A stretch of DNA of 63,025 nucleotides, filler included, from Rhabdomonas costata (GCA_019059605.1; 26 parts of 26 records of this genome joined end to end with filler, not necessarily neighbours in it); one strand, 5' to 3'. Positions 1 to 12,662 are shown, numbered from the whole stretch's first letter. Notes: generated from the letters alone by a model not told the origin. Made by a program: numbers and translations.

Positions 1-1927
1 TTGTTGTTGGTACAGAGTGCCTGCAAAGTGAGGGGAAAAGCATGGGGCAGTAACGTGGGGCAGTAACAGGCGGCGGGGTCAACTTCAAACACTTCCATGA
101 CTTTCAGTTCTTTTCCGAAAACATTCGAAGTTTGTGAACGTAAAACTGAAAATGGCCCGTGTCATAGCAGTGGCAGTCATATTGTCGGGGTCACCAAAAA
201 TTCACAGCCGAAAAAAGTGCACTTTCTACGGCCACTGTCACGGTCAACTGCATGCGCACGGTCCAAAAAAAAGTATACGCAGTACGCAGTACGTCGCAGT
301 AGTTTTCGAGCCCACGGAAACCAACCCACAATACTTCAAAACCACAACCTCACAGAAAAGAATACGGGCTCTACTGAGACTGAGACTGTGATCTGAAACG
401 GGAAGCGACAGACAAAAAAAGAAAAAGGTGGAATACCACGGCAATGTTCCTAACGGGCTACTGGGTCACGTTATGAAGCAACAAGGGACCAAAAAGATTG
501 GCGGTATACCTTGAAGGGGCAGTGTGGTGATCACGCAGTACAGGACGTCCCCGTCCACGTCTGTATGGGGAAGTTCTATGACAAAAAGCTTGAGCGAGGG
601 AATGGTAAGGCTGAGGCTCTTTGCCGTCTTCGGGGAATGGTTCATCCGGAAAAACACATGACCCTGCAGATAAGCATGCAAACTTAAAAAAACTTACGTC
701 TTTGGAAAAAAAAAAGACGCAAAAGAAGCCGTTCCCTTGCCCATACCCACAAAAGCGTGAAGGCACGCTGGTGCCGAGCAGTTCCTAACAAACCGAATTT
801 CTGGAAGGTCCCGACGCACGACGCATCAGGAGACAACAAGCAGAGGGTAAGCAGCAGTGCACGGCTCGGGGGAAAGAAATTACCGTCGCTATGCTGCCGT
901 CATCCAGAACGGCCGTGTACTTGAAGCCGTCAGAAGTGAAGTTCTGTGAGTGGCTTTGATACAGTATAGTCGCGTTCGCAGGGACAATAGTCCCGATGGA
1001 ACTCACTACGACACCCCGGGCATTGAGGGTGCCTTCAGTCGGCAGCACGGTGACATTCATGTCGAAAGCCATCGTGACATCCACCGCACTGCTCGGGATG
1101 TAGCTAACCACAATATAGGGCTGCTCCGTGTGGAAGATCGGCGCGGCGTTGGCAGCGTGGAGGGGGCGAGTGGTGCCCCCGCAGGAGATGTCCTGCAGGT
1201 TGGTGGAATCCACCAAGGACAGCGATATGTTTTGCGCGGAGAGGGCCAGCAGGCCATCGGGGCTGTCCATCAGGTCATCGAAGTGCCACTGCACCACCAG
1301 GTTGGGGGTGTCCTCAGGCAGGCTGCAAAACACCGGCCGATCGACAGTGCGTTACAGCAGAAAACGCCGACGTTTGCGGTTAGTGTTATTATACAACAAC
1401 TTATCCGATTGTAAACCGACACTCACCATGGCAACATGATGCCTTCACTACCGGAAAAAGGATGGAATGACAACAACAAAAACAAATGATACCGAAGTTT
1501 CATGTTGTCCACGATGTTCTTCTCGGCCAGCGTTGTATTCCAAATCCTCACTTCGTCGACAAACCTGGAAGCACAACAAAACGTGCATCGAGGAAGGGGA
1601 GGTGAAGCAACTTGTAACCGCCCAGCAAAGTCACCAAAGTGTCCCATTCCCGAGAGAGGAGCGGAAATTGCTGCAGTGTTTGGAAAATTCTCCTCTACAG
1701 GAACTCAGCAGTGTATGAGAGTGTGTGAGTTTGAGTGACGCAGTGATGGGATATGGAATGCGAAATATGGAAAAGAAAAAGAGCACCCGTGCAGGTTGAG
1801 GCTGGACTCACTGGTCATGGTGTCGTTGTCAATGCTCAAGACATACTTTGACACCACAAACAATGCACTGCTGGCAAAGGGTGGGGCGGCCCAGTTGAAG
1901 TGCGCGATCTTCCTCCCGTTGACATAC
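1..1927 (-). CDS. Partial multi-exon LamG/concanavalin-A-like plus cadherin/Ig-like repeat protein (probably extracellular)
   Basis: Exons join through GT-AG introns: YVNGRKIAHF...NLHG|FVDEVRIWNTTL (LamG_3-type motif), ...LVVQWHFDD..., HTDVDGDVLYCVITTLPLQG|TLYQ (intron 509-21, phase consistent). Confidence 0.75.
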
Positions 1928-2330
1928 CTGCAGGATTTGACAAGGAGAAAAAAAGGGAGACAGAAGGGAGACAGCTGATGGACAACAATCCTCATCAGGA
2001 AAAATTCACATTTCACACAAGAAAGCCCCTGTGAAGAACCTGCACACCATTCATTTCCTTTCTGCTCTTCATAACGGCAAAACAAGCCATTCGCCATTAC
2101 AAGGGGCAGACAGAATCGATCAGGTGAGATTCCTCCGGGAAGGAGATTCGGCAGAGTGAAAAATCTCGGCACAGGAATCAAAGTGATGCACAACCGGAAA
2201 TGTTCCTTTGCATCTTTGGACCTTCTGCGGCCCAGATGAATACGTGTCTCAACGGCATAGCACTCCAAATTCTTCCCCCCTTTCACCACTTCAGCACAAA
2301 CTCACTACCGAGCGCCCTCCCCCCACACAC

Positions 2331-2430
2331 NNNNNNNNNNNNNNNNNNNNNNNNNNNNNNNNNNNNNNNNNNNNTTAATTAATTAANNNNNNNNNNNNNN
2401 NNNNNNNNNNNNNNNNNNNNNNNNNNNNNN
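2331..2430. other. Artificial contig-joining spacer (N44-TTAATTAATTAA-N44), first of 25
   Basis: An identical 100-nt spacer with a six-frame stop linker recurs about every 2.43 kb (e.g. 4760, 7189, 9607, 12036 ... 58172, 60600). The intervening contigs are 2318-2340 nt, consistent with a length-sorted concatenation. Confidence 0.99.
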
Positions 2431-2846
2431 GTGTTGGTGTGTTTGGTGGGGTGTGGTGATGGGATTGCATTCAGGGATGAAGTTTGCAACACGTTGCGAC
2501 CACTGGGGTTCTGCGACCAATTTGCAATTGAAAAATCATACGTGCAACGCCATGCCCTCCTCCGTTTCCCGTGCAATCCATCCACCAATCGTTTCGCCTA
2601 TCATCGTTCGGAAAGTGAAAGATGGAATGAGCGAGCCTTCATCACTGTCACAACCGCATCTATCGCCACACAATCTGTCTTCATTTCGCCATTTCGTCAT
2701 GCCCACTCTCCAACTTTTTTTCGGATGGTCCTTGCATCACCGGTAGCATTACCGTGTTTCAATACGTGCCTTTTACTTCGACATGCGGAAAATAAGCACC
2801 TTTGCACTTTACTTCTCCGTTTTCCTCTGCTTTGAAAACACTTTAG

Positions 2847-3073
2847 GTGGCATCTCGGTTGCGCGGAAGAAGGCTGAGATGCAGAGGGCCGCGAAGAGTG
2901 CCACCGATCGCAGGAAGTGGGTGCGGCGGGTGCTGAACCAGCCCTCTGCGGATGAAGAGGAGGCCCGTGTCCGAGTGGGGCGCAAGCGCACGCGCTCGAG
3001 TGGGAAGGCCTCGAGGAGGGCCGCGGATGGAGTGGCGGAGCCTGGAGTGAAGAGGGCAAAGCGGCCTCCGTAG
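2847..3073 (+). CDS. Terminal exon of an unknown protein with a Lys/Arg-rich C-terminus
   Basis: Acceptor ctttag precedes a GC-rich frame GISVARKKAEMQRAAKS...KRAKRPP that ends in TAG. Confidence 0.5.
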
Positions 3074-4099
3074 AAGGAGGCCCATTATGGAGGGAGAGGA
3101 GAGACCTCCCCCTGTACCGGTGACATGGCACAACAGCTGAGTGGAATTGCGGTTCTCTGTCCAATAGCGCCTCCAATAGCGAAATGTTGTTATGGGGGAA
3201 AGCGCGGTCCTCTGAGCCACATCTTTAGATCTCAATGTGTGTGATGTAGGGAAGTGGTCTGTGATGGCCGCAGACGGTAGTTAGCGTGTGGCCTTAAGAG
3301 CTCATGTGTACCCCAGTGATTTCTCGTGCGTATGCCTTTAATTAGAGCTCAAGGGTTGGGAACTCTAGAGGGATGTTCTTCAGTTCCGGGCGATTGAGCC
3401 TGAGCATCAATCGGTGTTCGTGTTTGCCCACTACCTTGTGATTCCACATTTTCACATTGTCTTTCCACTGTACACATATGCCGTCATTTCTTCAGCTGGC
3501 ACATTGGCTTCTAAAATTCTTTTTTTGGGGGGTGGGGTGGAAGCGCGTCGCTTTGGTTTCCCATCGGCTGTCACGGTCAGATCAACCTGTTCTCCACTTG
3601 TCTGTTGTGTTTTTATCCATACTGTGTGCGGGGTTTCGATGCGATGCTGTGAGTGAATTGTCCCCCGCGAGATAAACTACTCTCCAAGCCGGAAGGATGA
3701 TTGGGAGGATCCGGACCAGGGGGGATTCCCTGCCCCCTGTGGAGGTCATGACGATGGCCATCCCAGAGCTGACTTCGTTCTCGCTGGCTATGACGTCCAA
3801 GGAGCCTACTGTGAGGACAGCGTCAGCGTGGTTGCTTTTGTTTCCATTGCCTTTCGTGATTGTGTGGGAAATGAGATGCTGCATTTCAGGATAGGATTAT
3901 TGCACTTGCCCTCGGTGTGTTTGGAGTTGCATATATATTGGTTGTCATCTGAATTTTGATGTGCCTGTTCCACCGGAGACGTGACATCACATATTAAAGC
4001 AAAAAAGACAGAATGTGGATTGCCAGCAAACCCTTACATTGAAGTTGTTGTGGTCGAAGGATCTATCTTTTCGGCTTGATGGACTTGAGAACGCCGCAG

Positions 4100-4223
4100 A
4101 AGCGCGCCGCGGTACCTTGCGGTAACTGACAGGAACCCTCCGCAGCGGGTGCTGCCCCTGCTGGCCAAGGAGCTGGCGACCCGCTCGGCGCCCTACCAGC
4201 GCCTCAACCTAACCACCTTCGAG
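4100..4223 (+). CDS. Internal exon of a hypothetical protein
   Basis: GC3-rich frame RVLPLLAKELATRSAPYQRLNLTTFE ending at a strong donor gag|gtaagc. Confidence 0.4.
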
Positions 4224-5058
4224 GTAAGCTTACTTTTGCTGCTGCCCATTCTTCTCGATCTGTAACAAAATGGAACCCGACCGAAGGGGGGCGGATGCAT
4301 TGAGTAAAGAGTATGTGACCTGATGTGCGTAAATTGGGCTGGATAGATGATGTGAGCCATGCGGTCATGGTTGGCCACCCGCTATGCCTGAACAAGAAAT
4401 TTGGGCCCAAGTTCTGTTGGGTGGTGCCAATGTTAACCGCCCTCAGTAATCTCAGAGGATCAGGGGTCGACCCCTTTGGACTGGATCAAGGTCTCGCTGG
4501 GTTTTGTGGGTCGACCTCCGGATCGACGTGCTGGGTTGATCCGTGGTGATTACCTTCAGCCCCACCCCCAATTGGAGCGAAGGTAGCCCCAAAACTTCAG
4601 ACAGTTCCAGAACTTAAGAAAAGTCCACAAAGGATTCTGCAGGCGCTCCTTCGGCTGCAGCCCAGGTGGAATGAGCGATTAGCGGGAGGGAAAGCGGAAA
4701 GCGCAACATTTTTCGAATTCAGAAATTGATAAAAACAACAAGAAAGCCTACCAACCACCNNNNNNNNNNNNNNNNNNNNNNNNNNNNNNNNNNNNNNNNN
4801 NNNTTAATTAATTAANNNNNNNNNNNNNNNNNNNNNNNNNNNNNNNNNNNNNNNNNNNNGTTGTGGAAGCGGTAACTGGGTGGAGGAGGGATTGGGGGAT
4901 GAAATCGCCTCGCACTCTGGTGCCACGAGAAAGCCCCAGATACCCTTTTCCGGCAACAGGGCTTTCGTGCTCAATGAATATGGCACAAAAATTATCATAC
5001 ACGTTACAAAATGGCACACTCATTCCAGCGGAGAGAAGGGACTGGTGGTGGGCGGACA

Positions 5059-7188
5059 CTACCCTATGCGGTGCCCACCGCACACCCACCGCAGGTTGGA
5101 GTCCCGATCTGCACCCACGCCACGCCACGACTCGCCACACCACACCACCCGACAACAAACAAGGCGCTGCGCATCAAGAAAGACCGCGTGATGAGCATGG
5201 CTGCGCGGTTGTGGGGCAGGAAACTGATACGGACGGATCACCATGTGTTTGTTCGAGCGGATCCTTCTGTGTCCGTTGGCAAGGACAAACAGGTGCGATG
5301 AGTTGCCAGTGCCAAGAGATATTTTTCGTTCTTGCTGCGGAAAATGTGGTTCTGCACGTGCGTGTTTGAGCGATTCGCAACGGAAGAGGAGATAGGATGT
5401 GCCTGACGTCAACGATGAAAATACAAGCACAACTAAACATTACGGTTGCTGCCGTTCAGAAGTTCCGGGTTCGACCGCCCCCCCCCCCAACCCGTCGATC
5501 CGCAGTCCAACATCCAACAATGCCCAGGAAAGATGTGCAATCAACAGACAGCAAAATACAGCACAGGGTGCCATACACAGATTCAAGAGTGCTAGAGAAG
5601 AACCGCTGAAAGCGAGAAGAGAAGGACCGCTGAAAGTGGGGAGGGGGCGTCCCGGAAAAAAAAAGGGAAAATTTGACAGAGAACGGGACATTCACCTGCA
5701 TCGCGGCAGGTTCGGTTGACAGGAATCAGCTCCTCAAAGATGTTATACGCCGGAAGGGACCATGCAAAAAACTCCTATGGCAAGAAAGTGCGGAGCACTG
5801 CCACACGACAAAAATGCACTACACGCACCTCCGCACCCATGTTATCAGATTGCTTGGATGAAGGAACAGGCTTAAAGCAAGCGCATTTTTAACGAAGGTT
5901 CGATTTTGGGTAATTTTTTGGGATGATGAAACATAACAGAACAAAGCACGCGATGTGAGGCGCAGGGTACGAGAACTTTCTTTATGTCGAAGCCGAAGTC
6001 TTGTCCCAGGACCGTCCTGGGAAGACTGAGCATGCTGTAGTAGAAATCCCACTTGGTGATCAACCTTTGCGTGTTGTGCTCCAGAGCTCTGAGCACCTGA
6101 GAAAGGAAGGCAGAAACACGCCAAAACCATCTCTTCCTCAATTGGAACATGCTTCAGTGGCCAAGAGTTCGCCCATAACAGAAGAAGGATTTTGATTAAG
6201 GGTTCTGAAAAAGGAAGGGGGAAGTAAGTTCTCACATACCCATCCGCATTTGCATCGCCTTATTGGTTGCCCTGTGTCGAAGCAAAGTGTCATTACAAAT
6301 CCTGACTTCACCACCTCAAGCAAACAAACAAGCACGAAAGCAAGGAGTGGGTCGAGAGACAGTGGGTGTGGCGGAGAAGGGAGCTTGCACCTGAGGAGTG
6401 GCGTGGGGCAGGCCCACAAGCAGAGGAGGGTTCTTCCACTCCACCCGCCCGTGCACTGTCTCTGCGTAAGGGGAGTAGGTCAGCCCGTGGTCCGAGGTCA
6501 CCACAAAAACTCCACCCTTTGCGAGCAAAAGAAAAAAGAAAACACAGAACCAGCAAAAAAAATTCAGCAGGAAAGCAAATCCGCAGTTCCCTTTTTTGAC
6601 TTTATTTTCCTCTTCCTATTTCGCCCAGATATCCTGCCTTCCTCTGTCTTCAACTGAACTTGATACTGTTGACATTGTTTTGAATTAAACTCTGAGGTCG
6701 GTGCAACCCTGTTTGACGACGGTGAGTGAGTTCCTGTGGTGGGCGAGCCGCACGCTGAGGCTAGGTATGGATAGGTTACATTCGCTGAGACTGATAAACT
6801 GCCCCAGTGGCACCTGCTGGCATCTGCAGCCCTCGCTCCATGATCAAATCTTCAAAACATTCCCGGACAAACTCACGCAAAATGAGAGGTCTGCATACCA
6901 TCTCCATGACTAGCCGCAAGACCTCTGCCACAGGTTCGTCCAACGCTCTCAAGTTGTGCACGCGGACGTTGTGCCCGGTCTGTAGATGAACGTACAGGTA
7001 GTGCCCCCGCGCGGCTCCACTTCGGTCAGGCCTAGACCTGGATAGGAACTCACGGGCGTAACCCAAAACATAATCAAATGCCGGTCTCTCGCCCAGGCAG
7101 AGGTGCGAGAAGCCATCCCAGAACGGGCAGAAGGCCACTCCCTGCTCGTTGCGCAGGGCAGGGCTGCACTCCGGCAGCCCCCACACAC
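5059..7188 (-). CDS. Partial DUF229-like protein (alkaline phosphatase/sulfatase superfamily), multi-exon
   Basis: Spliced exons give NLRALDEPVAEVLRLVMEM|GGVFVVTSDHGLTY...GRVEWKNPPLLVGLP, then ALEHNTQRLITKWDFYYSML, then FEELIPVNRTCRDAG. These are the characteristic DUF229 C-terminal motifs in the right order. The 3' end is uncertain. Confidence 0.75.
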
Positions 7189-7569
7189 NNNNNNNNNNNN
7201 NNNNNNNNNNNNNNNNNNNNNNNNNNNNNNNNTTAATTAATTAANNNNNNNNNNNNNNNNNNNNNNNNNNNNNNNNNNNNNNNNNNNNTGTGGGGGTGCT
7301 CAAAAATCAATTCAATTCAATGTCACAGCTTAAACTTCCATGTGACCAGTTCAAAGCTCAATTCAAATTTTCAAGTTACAACCACAGCAAAAGTTCAAGA
7401 ATTTTTTTGAAAACACGGCCAAAAGTTAGGGGGGGGGGGTGGCGGGCCGCCGAGCGCCTTTCTGCCCTTCCGGGCCGTGCATATGCTCTCCAATGTGAGG
7501 TTCAAGTAACAAAGGCAAGTGATGCGCGCGGCATTTTTTTCTCACTGCCACGACACTACAAGGCCGCAC

Positions 7570-9606
7570 CTGAAGCAGCACCGGAAGCATGGCGTCCTTG
7601 CGACAGGCCTCGAAGAAGGATAGCGGGGGGACGTCGAAGTAGTCGTCCACGAGCAGCGCCCCCACAACCTGAGGAGGCCCCACACACATACACGCACATA
7701 GGACAGGCTAGGATGAGTTGGTGCGGCACTGGTGAGGGGGAAGGGCAAAGAAAGCATCCAGAGGAGCAAAGCCACAAGACGAGATGAAGGGCGTCCAGCC
7801 ACGAAAGGACACCTCAATTGGTTGCGATGCGAGGAACCCGTGAGAGTAACCATTATTAATAACGCCCGAACACTAACCACCAGCCTGCTGCTGAAAATAA
7901 TAAAAAAAACTTCCTGGACAGACCAATAAAGCACGGTACGACCACCAAACCTCAAATGAAAACAATAGAATCTAAGAAATTTTTAAGTCTGCGAATGAAA
8001 GGAAAAGGCGGGGGAAATTCTGCAGGACCCCCCCCAAACAAAAAGAAAAACTCAGGGCAAAACAAAATGAAATGGGTAAAGTCCTCGGGCTTTTTTCCAC
8101 AACCTTTTCTCAATCTCAAAAGTGTTGCAGCTGGGAGTCCAAAAACGGTGGTGTCCCATCGGAGTGCGCACATGACGTTATGGAGTGTATCCAGAATCTT
8201 AAGCAATACTGGCTGCTTGTCGAAATGGAGTAAAAAAAGAAGTTAAAGCTGCCCCATAATCAGAGGGTCAAGGGGGTGGGTCCTGGCTTTTCATTTTTCT
8301 GCGGGGCGTGGGATGGCCAAGAGGACAGAAACCTTTGACGTGGAGGCGTCTGTGTAGACCACTGAGAGGCCGTCCTCCAGAGTTTTCTCCATCACCTCCA
8401 GCAGAGCGGTGCGCAGAGCCTGCGATGGGCGACACCGACCGCGGTTTGCGAGGGACGACCAAAGAATCCTGAACCGGGGGGTTGCACAGCCAACTAGTCG
8501 ACCATCCAGAGATACCGGCAATCGGGGGGGGTGCGGTGATTTTGCGTTTTGATCGTAATCGGTAATTGAAACAAGCGACACCACACAGCCTGGTAACCGA
8601 TTTATTGCCTGATTTTCTGCAAGCAGGAATTCAGTAACAAGAAAATTGAAAACCAAAACAAAAGTTCTCGGTAACCGAAACCAGATTCGGCTGTCATACA
8701 TTAGACTCCTGGCATCCCCTCCCGTTATTCACTTTTGCGTAGTGGCGTTGCTCATTGTTGTGAAAACCAATCGCGGCGCAACTTCTGCCGCAGGAATGAG
8801 GGCGATGCACATGTACTGAGACTTTGCAGAGGGTTAGGAAGAGATGCACGTGTCCCCTATATTCACACTGGCAGCGTTTTCCATGAGATTTGAGCCGCTC
8901 CGCTGCCCAAGGAACACATGAAACACGAGTTGAGATTGAGCCCGCCATAGAAACTATTGTAAATGGCATGTATACCACTGTTAGCGGTCCCACGCCCCTC
9001 TCGGCGCACACTCCCACTTTCGTTCTCGTGCTAGGTGGTGTGGTGCCTTCCATACTACACTACACTGCACCTATGACTGAGGCCTCTGACCAGGCTCAAA
9101 AGACCTGCTGAAAAGACCCGCTCAAAAGATGCTTTTGCTCCCAGGTGCTTTTGTGTCGAACTTCCGGAATCGGCATCGGCATCATGCAGCGACAGTTCGG
9201 GTCTGCGTAACGGGGGGGGGGTATCTCATGTACTACGCCCCCGGATTTCGAGGGCATTATTACCCTATCATTCAGAAGAAAAACATCAGAATGGGTTACG
9301 TAGTTTGATCCACTGTTCCAGGAGATTGTGGCTCACAAGAGTTCTTTTCTCGCCTTCCCGTCTGGAATCATCCAAAGATCGTTCCGATCAGCTTCAAACA
9401 GCCAGGAAACCACCATCACCAGAATGTGTTAACCCCCATGAAAATGAACCACCAGAAAGATGCTGCAACAAACCGCAGGGTTCACTCTCCCTGCCAGCAG
9501 TGGGGCGTCGTTGCAGCAGGAGAGAGTCAGCAGTCGAACCACCTCAGGAACCTGCGCCGCGGAAAGCACAGTGATCGGAAACCCCGCCTCCTCCGCCGAA
9601 CCACCC
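7570..9606 (-). CDS. Partial GNAT acetyltransferase, arylalkylamine N-acetyltransferase-like
   Basis: Exons ITVLSAAQVPEVVRLLTLSCCNDAPLL (about 9600-9480), LLEVMEKTLEDGLSVVYTDASTSK (about 8420-8333) and VVGALLVDDYFD (7668-7570) resemble the AANAT-like N-terminal half. Confidence 0.55.
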
Positions 9607-9815
9607 NNNNNNNNNNNNNNNNNNNNNNNNNNNNNNNNNNNNNNNNNNNNTTAATTAATTAANNNNNNNNNNNNNNNNNNNNNNNNNNNNNNNNNNNNNN
9701 NNNNNNTTGTTGGTGTTCTGCCTCGGGTTTTGGTCTTCGGCTTCTCTCTGGGGGGGGGGCTCTGTGTGAGATACTTCTTCTCTACGGTCGTCCACCGCGG
9801 CATGGCTTGATGCAG

Positions 9816-11823
9816 GGGCGGCTGAGCGTTGTGGTGGAGAAGCGACCCAACGAGAGCTACCCAGAGCTCACTGTGTGGTGCTTATGCCGCACGTGCCAGG
9901 CCGTCGTCACCCCCCGGAAGCCCGTCTCGGAGTACACCCTGCAGTACTCCTTTGGGAAGTTCCTAGAGGTGTTTTGTTCGCTGCCAGTTTTTTTTTCGCT
10001 GTCGGCTGTTCACTTGATATAGCGGTGGATAAGGGCGCAAAAGAGGATGCAACCTGGAATGAGAGATTTATCGAGATTGCGTTGTTACCGAAACTGTAAC
10101 TATTTTATCTCTGCCCATGATACTGTGGTGATACACAAAAAAGACATAACAAAGACATGGGTCACTCATACAGTGGCTCAAAACTGTTGTATACCTACGT
10201 CATGGGGAACCGCCCAAAACCCCGCAGCGCACCCCAGTAGCCTTACTTTGTCTTAAATTCAGTGTTACTTTTTTACCTTTTTATTTTTCATACCATAATG
10301 AGCTTTGGAATGTGTTAAGAGGTCGCTGATTAATTTCGGTTTGCACGCGTCTTGTTCCCTATTCTACCACTCGGCTTTGTGGTGTGGGATCGTGTCTGTT
10401 TTAGGTTTCGATGTACAGCTCTGCGGTAATCAGCCGGGGATGCGGGCACAGTGTGCACCGCGACATGGTGAGGTGCTTTGGCCTCCAGGTATTGTGCTCC
10501 CCTTCTCCTTTGCCCTATAGCAGGGTGGCACAGCTGCGGGGCCTTCCCGTTTCGTTTCGCCTTGTGAAGTGCTGCTCTTCTGTTGTTCTGCTGGCTGTAT
10601 TGCAACAATTACGCAACCGCGCAACTCACACTACTCGCCATGCTCACTTTGCTTCGCAATTTATTGTTGTTGTTAGCATTTCTCATTCGTGCAGACTCAC
10701 ACCACTCCTATCGGTCACTTTCCAGAACCTTGTGGCGATGGTGGAGTACTCTGACGTCCCGGTCTTTGAGATCAAGCGCCCCACGGTGAGTATTGCGTAC
10801 AACTCCGAGCTGGCGACCTCCTTCCTGGACACCGAGCACGACCAGCTGCATGGCGTGGCAACGCAGTGCTTCGCTCAGATGGCGGAGATCCTCGCCGCCG
10901 CGGTGGCGGATCGGAAGCTGGTTGTGGCGCACCTGCTCACGTGGAGGATCCCTTTAGTCTTTGAAGTGCTGCAGCTATCATCGGATATTAATCGGAAATG
11001 GTTCAGTTGGCCTATTGACTTAAAGACTGCTGGATGGAAACTGTTGCAAGGAGGATACATTGCGCACTGAACCTCTCCGCACGTTGCTCTCCTCTGTCCT
11101 CACCAGATGAGCGTTTTGGACGAGTTGCTTGTTGCTGGGTTGTTCAAGTTATGACACTCACAATTCACCCACGCACATACGCAAACCCGCAACAAGCCGT
11201 GACAGCTGGTCGGTTCACGGCCAGTCCACGGAATGTAGTTCGTAGTCCGTAACCTCTCTCTATCTCTCTGAAGTTGACTACACGAACAAGCGGATGGGTT
11301 GCGTATCATCCTCTCACCGATGCAGGATGCAGGAAGTTTGAGCCAAATGAAAAGGCCATCTATTCCGCTGAGAACCGCTCTGAGCTGGCCAGCCAACAGG
11401 TTCTGTACGAAGTCAACAAGCCTGCGGCGGGGGACGTCATAAAATACTTCCAGAGGACCGACGGCGTGTAATTGAGCAACCATATGCACACACTCAACGG
11501 TCAACAGGCCTGTGTCTGTTGTCCCGGACGTGGTGAAGAACTGCCAAGGACAGAGAGCCTAGTTTGCAATCGATCACGTGGAGTACTCCCACTCCCTCTC
11601 CCTCCCTCCTCTCTCTCTCTCTCTTGAATATGCGGCAACTGCACCTGTGCAGGAGGGTGCCGCGGTGCAGGCCGCAGAGCTGCAGCTTCGGGACCGCCAG
11701 GTGGCATTTTTCCGCGAGCTCACCGCGGCGCACTCCACGGGCAACCTCTTTGGAATGAACGCCCTACGGGTGGCCCTACTGCGGCTGCTGTGGGACGCCC
11801 TGCAGGCCCCCGCCTCTATTCCG
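9816..11823 (+). CDS. FAB1: Partial 1-phosphatidylinositol-3-phosphate 5-kinase (PIKfyve/Fab1), internal exons
   Basis: Exons 9816-9968 (WCLCRTC...TPRKPVSEYTLQYSFGKFLE), 10405-10488 (CGHSVHRDMVRCFG), 10726-10920 (NLVAMVEYS) and 11653-11823. These match the conserved Cys-rich region of Fab1/PIKfyve. All introns are GT-AG. Confidence 0.88.
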
Positions 11824-12244
11824 GTGAGTGTGCCCCCGAGTTGGCGTTGCATCGGTTCAAGACTCCGCGGTTGCGATGTGTCCCATAAAGATCTTGGGCA
11901 CCCGTGCCTTTCCCCCGAACTCGGGTTCGGGGTATTCACAGACCAGGCTACCGTTCTTGAAAATATCCAGCCAGTTCCAAGAAAAAAAGTATGGGCGTTT
12001 TAGCATCGCGATGCCTGGATTCGAGACCACACCCCNNNNNNNNNNNNNNNNNNNNNNNNNNNNNNNNNNNNNNNNNNNNTTAATTAATTAANNNNNNNNN
12101 NNNNNNNNNNNNNNNNNNNNNNNNNNNNNNNNNNNGATTCTTGGTCCCACTCGACAATTTTTTCATTATTCCCTAAACCTTCAACTGTTAAAAACCTTTA
12201 ACTGTGAAAAACCCGTGCTGTATCCAGGGGAGCATGCTCAGCAG

Positions 12245-12496
12245 GCGGTAGTGAAGCCCCACGCCGTGCTTCCGGGTGTCCTGCCGGCGCTTCCCGTGAA
12301 GGGCGACGAGGATGAGGCCAAGCTGGTGCACCGCAAGGTGGTGGGCCTTCTGCAGAGCCAGCCGGCGGTGCTCCTGGGCAGCTCCGCCGACCCAGGGGCC
12401 TCGGCAGCGCTGTCTCTGTTGCAGGCCATTGCGAGGGTCCCGGAGTGTGTCGACGAGGACACCAGCGTGAAGCTGCGGGAAATTCTGAGCCACTAA
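12245..12496 (+). CDS. Terminal exon of an importin-beta family protein (importin-5/importin-4-like)
   Basis: LPALPVKGDEDEAKLVHRKVVGLLQSQPAVLLG resembles the IPO5/Kap121 C-terminal LPxxxDxxEA motif. Preceded by a cag acceptor and ends in TAA. Confidence 0.7.
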   Translation, partial: AVVKPHAVLPGVLPALPVKGDEDEAKLVHRKVVGLLQSQPAVLLGSSADPGASAALSLLQAIARVPECVDEDTSVKLREILSH

Positions 12497-12624
12497 GGAA
12501 TTGAAGAGCTTTGCCTTGCTGTGTGATCGAGGACCATTTCCGCTGGTGCGCGGTTCTTTTTGCTGTGTGCTGTTGTGCAATGAAAGGAAGTGGTGGAAAG
12601 GTGTTGTAATGTGTCTGTTTCCGA

Positions 12625-12627
12625 GTG

Positions 12628-12659
<32 letters not shown>

Positions 12660-12662
12660 TGT
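12625..12662. repeat. (GT)n/(GCGT)n microsatellite
   Basis: Read directly from the sequence. Confidence 0.9.

Noticed and set aside
950-1414. Plus-strand 154-aa ORF and similar antisense ORFs over GC-rich exons (e.g. 34270-34707, 43081-43578)
   Set aside because: These are shadow frames of real genes on the opposite strand.
2375-2386. Regularly spaced palindrome TTAATTAATTAA as a biological repeat
   Set aside because: It is always embedded in N runs. It is a six-frame stop linker added during concatenation, and ORFs running into it are artefacts.
3345-3359. Shared 13-mer gctcaagggttgg with 35727-35739 as a mini-transposon end
   Set aside because: Shared 13-mers are expected by chance in 63 kb, and the inverted partners are poor.
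6500-6830. Euglenid non-conventional intron in the DUF229 gene (aaaCAG start near 6715 on the minus strand)
   Set aside because: No matching CTG at the 3' end, and a simple phase-0 GT-AG intron (EM|GGVFVVTSDHG) explains the protein.
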